From: Amphiscolops sp. MND2022
Lineage: Eukaryota
Direction: 5' to 3'
Length of the DNA stretch: 64,000 nt
NCBI GenBank assembly: GCA_964187785.1
Contig: OZ076409.1
Span: forward strand, 78,494,001 to 78,558,000
Shown here: piece by piece, positions 1 through 8,989 of the stretch
Numbering within the stretch: the first letter of the stretch is position 1
Layout of the letters: every line of letters begins with the position of its first letter
Notes under the pieces: generated by a model
The model's database searches: none
Told to the model about the DNA's origin: nothing
What the model saw: only the letters and a program-made list of their open reading frames with translations
Position numbers and translations under genes: made by a program

Positions 1-719
1 ATTCTTTATTTTGAAAACGCAGATCCAAGGCAGTTTGCGGTTGTCTGCCGTGGAAAAGGAGTGATGGCGTGCAACCAATCGTACGATGAAAGGAGATGTT
101 ATGAACGAAAACAGCAGAATCAACATGTTTATGCCAGTTATTAGTCGCACTCTGGTCATACAATTTCAAGTGGTTTTTCAAGCCAGAGTGATTGCGTTCA
201 AAAACACCCATCGTTTGCGGATGGTTGACAGTGGCAAAAACTAATTTCATTTCTAGAAGCTGGCACATTTTTTTCATGAGCTTTGATGTAAAATTTGTTC
301 CCATATCTGACAAAATTGTTGTCGGCAAGTATGAGTGTTTCATGAAAATTTCGAAAAGCGCTTTAGCCACTGACTCCGCTGAAGCAGAGGAACAGCAAAC
401 ATGTATTTACTGAACACGTCTATTGCAGTTAAAATGAATTTATAACCTCCTGACGTTGGTAGTTGAACAACCATATCGACTTGGAGAAGATCTCCGGGAA
501 ACGCTTGTTGTGTGGCTACTGACTGCAATGTGGTTTCAAGGAAGCGTTGTTTGGTGGCTTCACTTGGAGACAAGACGGGCAATTGCGTATGTAATCTTCC
601 AAAAAGTCGAAGAAATTCGGAAAATAGAACAATTGCCTGAATTTTTCTACCGTTTTTATGATTCCAAGATGACCAGCAAATTTGCTGTCATGCAGACGGA
701 AAATCAATTCTGTACGCAA
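1..719 (-). pseudogene. Gypsy integrase fragment (frameshifted)
   Basis: HDSKFAGHLG...CPSC zinc finger (516-719); DLLQVD...LTAIDVFSKY (340-582); downstream IVSDMGTNF and HPQTMGVFER catalytic motifs in another frame. Confidence 0.88.
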
Positions 720-806
720 ATGGCTCGGAACAACAAACTGGCGTGTAAAATTTCGTCCCGTTTGGTCAAAAAATTTTCTGTACAGTACGCCATTTTGGAT
801 TTCTAG

Positions 807-2660
807 TCAATTGGCTTGTTTGCAGAGTTTTTGGAGTTCAATGTTCAAATAACTAAGGTCGTTAGGTAGTTTTGTTCGTAACCAGTGCACTATTTTACGA
901 TTGTTCGGATCTTTTTGCTGTTCTTGTTTCAGGTTCAGCGGTTCAACTGAATTAGCCATTTCGAATTTATCCAATCGGTTCACAAATTCTAGCGCATTGA
1001 TAGAAAACTGATCTTGGTTCAAAAGTTGATGAAAGTTTTGATCTTCACAGACAATATTGAGGGAATTGTCTGGAGATTTTAGGGCCAAATTGAAATCAAC
1101 TTCACACGCGGGAATTTTGGAGGCATATTTCAATTCTAATTTGGTGTGCGGATTAATGTGCATTCTCGATAGATAGTCCGCTGCTAAGTTTGCTTTTCCA
1201 GGTATGTGTCCCAATATGAAATTGAAATTTAGGACATGGTCAACACAAGACCACAAGCTAGACGGGATAGTTTCCGCCTGGAAGAATCTTGTGAGACTTC
1301 TATTATCAGTCAGTACAATGGTCGGTTTTGAACTTTCCCACAAAATGTGTGCGAATGAGTCGAACGCAAAATGAACTGCCAAGAACTCTTTAGCATAAAT
1401 TGACAGTTTCAAGTGAGTGGGGTTGAAAATTTTGGAGCCGAATGATACCGGTAAATACTTTATGACTGTTTTTCCCGCCTGATCTTCCAGATAATCCTCA
1501 ATCATTAAAACAAAGCCCGCTGCGTAAAAACTTGCATCAGCCATAATTACATATTGTTTATGGGGCTGAAGCAATCGGAGGGCCGTGTCACATGATTTGG
1601 CCAAATCCGTTTTCAGAGTTTCAAATGTATCATGATGCTCTTTTGTGAATTGGATTTCTTGATTGTTGCGTAGAAGAGTGTAAAACGGTAATAACCTTTT
1701 GCTAAGTTTCGGTAAAAATGCTCTGTAGTATTGGAAAAAGCCGATGAAAGGCCGAATTTGTTTCGGTGTTTTGGGCATTTTTGGACTTCTCAGAAAATTC
1801 TCAACTTTTTCTCGATTAGGGGACGTTCCTTGGGTTGTGATGGAACTTCCCAAGAATTGTATTTCGGACAAATCAAATTCACACTTGTGAACGGTCAGTT
1901 TTAATCCTGATTTACGAATACACTCAAAAATACGTCGCAAATTGTCCAATAGTTCTTCAAAAGTATGGGCTGCAGTACCCAAATCATCAACGTATTGAAA
2001 ACATTTGTCTTCCGCTATGCAAGCGTCAAGGTACTTTCGCATGAAGGAACTAAAGGCGCTCACAGACCTGCTCAGGCCTTGTGCTAGCCGAATAAAAGCA
2101 AAGGTTCTGGAGAAAAAATTAAACGAAAGCAATTGTACTGATTGTGCATCCGCTAAGCGTACTGCAAAATAGGCTTGGCTGCAGTCTGATTTCGCAAAAA
2201 GTTTTTTTCCTGCCAAATGAGCGCTGGCGTTGGCCAATGTTGTTATGGGAAAATTGTTTGAATCATAGTCATGGCGGATAAGGTGATTCACACGTCTAAG
2301 ATCAATCAGAAGGCGCAGCGCACCTGAAGGTTTTCTTTGAGCAAACAACGGACTCGAGTATTTGGAATACGGCAAAGTTGTTATGACACCGTAATATTGC
2401 ATCAGGGCCAATTCAACAATTAAATCCTCACGTAAATGGATCGGAGTTGGAGGTCCCTGTGTATACATCGGTTTTTCGTGCTCAGGGGTTAGTTTTACAG
2501 TAAAATCAGTGTTTCCTCCAATATCCAAGCGATGTCTTGAGAAAATATCATTGAATTCGACTAAAAGTTTTTCAACTTCAATTTTCTCCATTTCCGATAG
2601 AACTGATTGATCCCATTTAAATTTGCTCAAAAATTTTGTTCGCGATTCTGGGTCCTTCAA
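807..2660 (-). CDS. pol: Gypsy pol: reverse transcriptase + RNase H
   Basis: 617-aa ORF with LRLLIDLRRVN, AQGLSRS, FQYVDD, ADASFYAAG, TDNRSL and HIPGKANLAADYLSR. Confidence 0.93.
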   Translation of the reverse strand: MKDPESRTKFLSKFKWDQSVLSEMEKIEVEKLLVEFNDIFSRHRLDIGGNTDFTVKLTPEHEKPMYTQGPPTPIHLREDLIVELALMQYYGVITTLPYSKYSSPLFAQRKPSGALRLLIDLRRVNHLIRHDYDSNNFPITTLANASAHLAGKKLFAKSDCSQAYFAVRLADAQSVQLLSFNFFSRTFAFIRLAQGLSRSVSAFSSFMRKYLDACIAEDKCFQYVDDLGTAAHTFEELLDNLRRIFECIRKSGLKLTVHKCEFDLSEIQFLGSSITTQGTSPNREKVENFLRSPKMPKTPKQIRPFIGFFQYYRAFLPKLSKRLLPFYTLLRNNQEIQFTKEHHDTFETLKTDLAKSCDTALRLLQPHKQYVIMADASFYAAGFVLMIEDYLEDQAGKTVIKYLPVSFGSKIFNPTHLKLSIYAKEFLAVHFAFDSFAHILWESSKPTIVLTDNRSLTRFFQAETIPSSLWSCVDHVLNFNFILGHIPGKANLAADYLSRMHINPHTKLELKYASKIPACEVDFNLALKSPDNSLNIVCEDQNFHQLLNQDQFSINALEFVNRLDKFEMANSVEPLNLKQEQQKDPNNRKIVHWLRTKLPNDLSYLNIELQKLCKQAN

Positions 2661-3286
2661 AGGATCCAGTTTTTCCTTTTGTTTTAGCTGAGATATTTCA
2701 TCAAATATGCGTTTGCTATTCCTGTTAAAGCTTCAGGATTTTCACAGGTTTCCGGAGTCGGAAACCAGAAAGTATCCAGAGATGGAAAACCCATCTCAGG
2801 GTAGTCTGAGGTGGCAATATGTTCATTAATACTCTCATTAACGTGTTCGTTTATTAGTTCTGGACTAATCGGTTGCAAAAACTGGGCTTGCTGTGGTGAT
2901 AACAGAGAAACTTTTGCTACCAAAGTTCCTTTGGGAACTGTTATTACTGTAGATTGCACATTCAGAAAACCGATAGGGGTTTTACGTTCTGAATCAGGCA
3001 GCCTATGCTGCTAGTTAAGCATAGCCCTGTTTTGCGTTCGAAGTTTGGTAGCGGTTCGACAATGGCATTAGTACCAATCGGTAAATCATCAGAGGTTAGT
3101 TGACAGGAGAACACCTCCTGACAATTTGGACGAATAACGAGTTTTTCTGTTGTTTTCAGATAAATTTTTTTCTTGGAGTAAGTTTTCTTGATTTTACCGG
3201 TCGGTGACGATATTTCATTAAGCTGTTAGGTCATATCAGGCAACGATAATGTTCTAGTTTTGGGATGTATTGTGATATTGTTACGC

Positions 3287-3640
3287 TCAAAAAAAAGGAA
3301 GACCCAGAATGGGGCGGTTCATTCGAGGTAAAATCAAAAAAGATTCTGTAAACTTTTGTCCACCGAGAGAAAATGAAAGTTCCACTTTACCAAGTGTGGA
3401 TACTATATTTCCGTTAGCGACTTTAACTTTAGTTTGTTCCTCAGACTTGGAAATTATCGCGGTAGGATTTTTTGATTCAATAGGTGAAATAAAATGAGGG
3501 GTTATAGCACTAGAAAATGCACCAGTATCGACAGGTGCGGCTATTTTAGTGTCGTTAAGGGCTATGGGGACGCAGAAAAGGAAACAAGAAAAAGAAGAAG
3601 AAAAATAATTAAGAGAATGATGCTGGTGTGACTCACCTAC
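3287..3640 (-). pseudogene. Gypsy aspartic protease domain
   Basis: APVDTGAFSSAI...VANG...ILGLPF motifs, in a different frame from gag. Confidence 0.85.
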
Positions 3641-4664
3641 TTTTTGACTGCTGTTGATAGGGCAGCTGTGCTCCATGTTGAGGATTAGGCTTCGTGGGGC
3701 ACTGTTGTGCTGTATGGCCAAAAGAATTGCAGTTTCGGCAATGGCGTTGATTGGAGTAGGTCATATCTTCATTGGGGTTTGGGCCTCTGTAGTTGCCTCG
3801 GTTGCCTCGCCAACCTCGATTGTTGCCTCGATAGCCTCGATTGTTTCCTCGATAACCTCGATTGTTGCCATACCATCCTCTATTATTCCCATGGGATGGA
3901 TGCTCAGTTTGCCAGGGATAAGGATACCAGTGACGGGCAGGTCCTTGAGAGAGAGCTGCTATCTGATTCGTCATGTTGTTCACTTGTTGTTGAAGAGTTG
4001 TCTGCGCTTTATTTAAACTATTCAAAGCCGTGGCAACTGCATCCATTTGAGTAGACGAAACCTCATTGAAAGCTGTATCTGGATCTTCTTCTAGATACAG
4101 CTTATCCAAAACATTGCGTCTTGACACTTTTTCGCACAACTCATCAACTGGCATGTTATCTGGTTGTGTCAAAAGATAGCGTTTGAGCTTATTTGGTAGG
4201 CCATTAATAAACGCTTCTCGCACTCGACGCGTGCGTTCATTTGCGCGATTTTCTGCAGGGACTGCTGGTCGCCCTCCTGCAGCTGTCACTGCGGCCACGT
4301 CTGGAAAACTTTCGCCTGCAAGTCGTTGAAGTTCCGTCAGAAAATCACTCGCTGTTACTTCCTCTGGTTTGAATTTGCGTGAATGAAAAACAATTCGTTT
4401 CAGCTCTTGTCTCTGTGGGTTAACGTATCTTTGGCGTAGCGCTGCTATTTCCAAATCACAATCTTGGCGAGTTGCCGCTGGCATTTGGTCAAAATAGGCA
4501 AGAGCTCCGCCTTCAAGATGTAGGTGTAAGTAGAGAAGCCGATCTGCATCAGCAATGCCAGCAACTCCAATTGAGCTGGTTAATTGTCGCTCGAACTCAT
4601 CGAAATTCTCAGTTTCTAGACCCTTAAAAGGTTGAATATTCACAATCGGTTGAATATGTGCCAT
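3633..4664 (-). CDS. gag: Gypsy gag
   Basis: 343-aa ORF with PFKG, FINGL, GNNRG repeats and a CRNCNSFGHTAQQC zinc knuckle. Confidence 0.88.
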   Translation of the reverse strand: MAHIQPIVNIQPFKGLETENFDEFERQLTSSIGVAGIADADRLLYLHLHLEGGALAYFDQMPAATRQDCDLEIAALRQRYVNPQRQELKRIVFHSRKFKPEEVTASDFLTELQRLAGESFPDVAAVTAAGGRPAVPAENRANERTRRVREAFINGLPNKLKRYLLTQPDNMPVDELCEKVSRRNVLDKLYLEEDPDTAFNEVSSTQMDAVATALNSLNKAQTTLQQQVNNMTNQIAALSQGPARHWYPYPWQTEHPSHGNNRGWYGNNRGYRGNNRGYRGNNRGWRGNRGNYRGPNPNEDMTYSNQRHCRNCNSFGHTAQQCPTKPNPQHGAQLPYQQQSKSR

Positions 4665-4930
4665 TTGTGGAGAGTGAATAATTTATGTTTATTTCAGATT
4701 GCAGGTATGAGGAGAGATTTGCAGTTTCAAAACTATCGAAATTTTTAACCAATCGATTCCGGAATAGACTTAAGACTCGAAGAATGCTGTCATTGAGACT
4801 GTGTGAAATTTTCAGGTTTGTAGCTACAATAGTCTTGCCAGGAGTTTGGTTTTCCTGACCCAAGATGCGAGTTTTGAGAATTTTCAATCTTGAGTTAACT
4901 CTAGTGGTGGATTCGAGTTTCAGTACTTTT

Positions 4931-5430
4931 CTGTCACCATGTCAGAACGTTTGCTCGAGCGGTTAGAACTGTTGTCTAATCGTTAATTCAAATCTCTGAG
5001 CTGTAACTTTTATCAATCATGTCATTATCTTGTTTACAGTATAAATATAGTTACTTATTATTAATAGCAACTTCAGCTTTAACGAAATTTTGGTAATAAT
5101 TCTTAAATCATGATTTCAGGTCATGACAATCAACAATTCCAGGATGCAGCGACTGAAAGGAACATACATTTTCCGAATCCCCTATTTGCGCGACAGTATT
5201 CACTATTCTGTTCACTTCCTACGTTTTTACATTATTCATGGACTAGGTTCATACATAAAAGAGCTGATGGTGAATGTCAATTAGGAACGTTTTTTTGGCA
5301 ACATTTCATACGAGATTTTAAAAAGTTACTGTGGTTAACATTTATAATTTTGAAAATCAACAATGGCTATAGTATCAAGCAGTAGAATATTTCAAAAAAA
5401 TTAAAAATTTTAAATGTAAAAAGTGTCACA
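4931..5430 (-). repeat. Putative 5' LTR and primer-binding site
   Basis: Minus strand reads ...TCTGACA followed directly by TGGTGACAG (PBS-like, 4931-4939). Candidate LTR start TGTGAC at 5430. The second LTR is not in the window, so this cannot be confirmed. Confidence 0.5.
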
Positions 5431-5993
5431 GGAGCACCATATTCCTAATAAGAACGTGCAGCTTTTATGAGACATTGAAGCTCAATTTCCGATAGTCGAA
5501 TCAGTATTCCAGGCAATTCAAATCCTGATTGATTAATCCCGTTGTCCGAATGCCTCTCTGGTGTTGACAGCTGGTTTCCTTTGTCCGACAAACAACAAAC
5601 AAACAAACATAGCTAAGCAGCGCGGAAAACGTCCGAGGAACAGTGTCTACGATTCAGTGTTTCAACATAGGGAATGAGCATCACTTGGCTTTGGACGTCA
5701 TTCCTCTTTGCATTTATCAGATTTTCAGAATTGGATCGTCGTCATCAATCAGCGTTTCTTATAAAACGGCTCTGTATTCATCATGTGCCCCCAGCCCGGG
5801 CGGCAGACAAAAAATCCAACCAACTTAGGAAACATATAAGAAAACAAGGGAAGGATCATGCAACCAGAGAGTTCAATGGACCCAGGAGAAATCTCAATTC
5901 AGAAACTCAAAGAGGCATGTGAAATGGTACCGATTACGAAGCAAAGAAGACATATATTTCTCAATGAAAGAAAACGGACATTAAAACGCGGAT

Positions 5994-6632
5994 TTACAAG
6001 TAGTAAAGTTCGCTTAAGTGGTCTTCGTCCCGAACCGTTCCAACTACACTGGCCGCATTGCCTACCTGGATTGCGAGAGAGAGTCTCTGCCTGAAAAACG
6101 ACCCAGCTCTATTTTCTTGATTGCACACGCACAATTTTTTACAGAGGTTTTTCAAGAAGGTAGACGTGGAAGGTCCGACTCCTCCCTGAATTTCAAAGGC
6201 TTATGGTTGGAAGATGTATCCTTTGTCAGTCAAACAAGCGTACTTAGCCGTTTTCAATTCCTCTGCATCCTCCGCTGCTGTGCCTGGGTTGGCAACAGAC
6301 TCGTTCTCTATTCTACTGGGGGCGAGAAGATCGACTCAAGTAACATCCCAGACTAATTGCTTGCCTTACTCCCAGGGCGCTAGGGTAATTCCATCTGGGC
6401 GCTTTCCATCTGTTCGGGTCAGACCATATGGTTCCAAAATTGAGGGAACTTTGATGGAACTCAGCGCCTGTTTCACGAGAGTATTGAGGTTGTGGTGCCT
6501 CGAGAAACGTCCCGCGCTTCTGGCACAGGAAAGATCATGATGTCCGTTCTCTTCGACAAGTTTACCACAGCGGCAAGTGTGTTTCTCGCAATTTTTCGAA
6601 CCCAGGCGGAGGGATAAGGAGACTCTTTGCAT
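5994..6632 (-). pseudogene. 3' fragment of an RLE-type (CRE-like) non-LTR retrotransposon, copy 1
   Basis: CRCG..HHDLSC, SRHHNLN, GKRPDG, WDVT, K..KY, FEIQG and LSLAIQVGNA motifs with in-frame stops. Confidence 0.85.
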
Positions 6633-7198
6633 TTAGACGTTATTCCTCAGACGTTATTCAAGCAAACCGCAAAGCAAGCAGAATTTATTCTTGAATATGA
6701 ATAGGGTATTGAGCCAGATAGACACGAGACAAGGGCCAAAACCGGAAGAACAATAGTCTAAGAAAAAACGCTAAGCTCAGCTTCGAAAGGTTTTAAGGCA
6801 AGTGAGCTTAGGGGATGAGACGCCAGTCTCGAAAAGCCCTGTCTGCAAAAGTTGCTTGCTTTTTGTGGAGGGCTTTCCTTGGTATAAACAAAAACGTGAG
6901 AAACCAACCTTCATTCGTAAACAAAGAACTGAACAAGGTCAACAAATTGAGAACAAAAAGATTCTCCATCTGAAAGAAACGTCTTTTGAAAATCTAGACT
7001 AGAAATCTTCATATTTTTGTTCAGTCATTATTGATCATTTTTTTACTGGTGCCTGGATGGCATTCCCGTCAAAACACTTCTGACATGATTTCAAAATCTC
7101 CATTAGATTTCAGACCGAGCGTTACTAGATTCACATATTGTTTCAAACATTCGAGCAGCATTCGAAGACCGAGATTGAGCTCCAAAACATCAACCAAA

Positions 7199-7360
7199 TG
7201 CGTGACCTGCAAAAAAAGTTGAAGACAACATATTATCGGGCATCTGATGCGAGTCTTGCAGCTCCTGGTTCTACGGCGATTGTGTTGGTGTTTCCATGAG
7301 CAGTGTGAATTGGCTGGAGACTCTGCGAAACTCTTTGTGCTGGCACGCCTGCCTCGACAA
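7199..7360 (+). pseudogene. PHD-finger fragment, probably from LINE ORF1
   Basis: CVTC..(frameshift)..CESCSSWFYGDCVG..W..C pattern; degenerate. Confidence 0.5.
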
Positions 7361-7981
7361 GGGGGATTACATGATCAGGGCATCAACGGCCGAAGCTAAG
7401 TTGATTCAATTTTTGTTTCCATCAGCGCAAAAACTACTACGTCAATATCTGAGCTTTTTCCGAAAACCATCAAAGTCTCTGTTCCTTTAGTTCTCAAGGA
7501 ATTTTTCACCTCTCTCAGATATCATGGATCTTCGTCATCAATCAAGTGCCATGTGTATCATGTTGGGGGGAGAAGACACACACCCGTGGTCTGCAACGAA
7601 AGTAGGGAACCCCATACCAGCCACTATCCCAGTTGACCGGCAGAAAATTTCTAAAGCTGCAATGATTTAGAGGTTTAAAAAAATAAGGTATATGTGATAA
7701 ACAACTTCGAACGCAACTCTGTCGCTCACAGTTCCTGGAACACAGGCCGCGTTGCCGATCTGGAGAGCCATTGAAATTCGTTGCTTCAATAAGCTGCCAG
7801 CTCGTTGATCGTCGTGCGAACGACAGAGCATTTTACAGAGGCGCGTAATGAAAATTTCACTGCTCTCGCCTGAAGAACCCTGAACTTCTAAGGCCACCGG
7901 TTGAAAAATGTATCCATTGTCCATTAATTCGCGATACTTCTCAATTTTACGCGCTTCAGCCTCGGTGGCGGTGGTTCCCGG

Positions 7982-8518
7982 GGTTACCAGTCACTTGACT
8001 TAATACCATTTGGCTTAATTTGTTCGTCGAGTCATTTGGCTGAAAAATTTTAAGCCAAGTGACCAAAAAATTAAGCCAACTCCATTCCAACTCAAGGAAT
8101 AAATATGTCAACTCTCGGAAATATCATAATGTGGGGCATATGCGGTGTATGCACGCTCGCCCTCACCGTCGCAAAGACCAGCTCCCACTACGATCGCTTC
8201 GCGATCTTCGTTCCCGCTAGGTCTTTGCTCCTGTTCGACCTCGCTTAGCAAGATGGGAATATGAGCGGCCCCTAGAGGAAATGGGGACATATCCGAGGGG
8301 TACTTGATATGACATGTTATAATAATACGCTACTACGCTATAAATATAAATTCGACAAAATCTGCCACGTGTTTTAACTATGTGGTTTTAAGTCAAATGA
8401 CTATAGGCCAAGTGACCAATACCAGAGACATTTAGCTTTAAAAATTAAGCCAAGTGACCAATTGTATTAAGCCAAATGACTTTAAGCCAAATAGTATCAA
8501 GCCAAGGGACCCTTTACC
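7982..8518. mobile_element. MITE A (AAGCCAAGTGACC-repeat arms, shared core)
   Basis: ~37-bp imperfect TIRs starting GG (ggttaccagtcacttgacttaata.. / ..tagtatcaagccaagggaccctttacc); flanks gttcccgg / gttttcgg. Confidence 0.75.
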
Positions 8519-8526
8519 GTTTTCGG

Positions 8527-8834
8527 GGGGTGGGCGGAGTTAGTCCTCAGGTCGACATACCAAATTTTTGAATGGGATCGAAACAACTCGGATCGAAATT
8601 TTTATAACGTAGTCAGATATGTTCACATACCCCTAGTGCCCTGAATGCAAGAGCGAAGCGACGTGCCATATGGCCATGCCTCAATGTTGCTACTTGGCGA
8701 AGGGAGCGAAGCGACCGAGCCATACAACAAATACGATAAAATTCGACCGCATTCTATTCGATCCCTGCAATTTGATCAAAAGGTTCGACCTCTGTCCTTT
8801 CGACAAGAAAAATTTGACCGATTTACAGCCACAA
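8527..8834. mobile_element. Degenerate MITE A2 (GGTCGAA/TTCGACC arms; diverged core in reverse orientation)
   Basis: Inverted ggtcga/gatcga versus ttcgacc motifs. cagatatgttcacatacccctagtgccctg resembles the reverse complement of the core in MITE B. Confidence 0.55.
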
Positions 8835-8989
8835 GTTCCCGGGTTGCATAAAGAGCCTTGATTCAGACGGCTGGGTGCAAGAGCATCCACAACTGTGACA
8901 TCCCACACCAGCTGTTTACCCATTTACCAATGAATCATGGTAACACCGGCTGCGCGTTTGCCAACAGTTCGGTACAGTATTAAATAGTT

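Larger units (their letters stand above)
1..5430 (-). mobile_element. Decayed Ty3/Gypsy LTR retrotransposon (LTR-PBS-gag-PR-RT-RH-IN); 3' end runs off the window
   Basis: Domain order on the minus strand is gag (CCHC knuckle), aspartic protease (VDTGA), RT (YVDD), RNase H (ADAS, TDNRSL), integrase (HHCC, DDE). Several frameshifts and stops. The right (LTR) boundary is tentative. Confidence 0.93.
7667..8977 (-). pseudogene. 3' fragment of a CRE-like RLE retrotransposon, copy 2, split by MITE insertions
   Basis: GKQLVWDVTVVDALAPSRLNQGSLCNPG (8835-8923) continues as TTATEAEARKIEKY...QIGNAACV (7667-7980) once 7982-8842 is removed. Confidence 0.85.
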
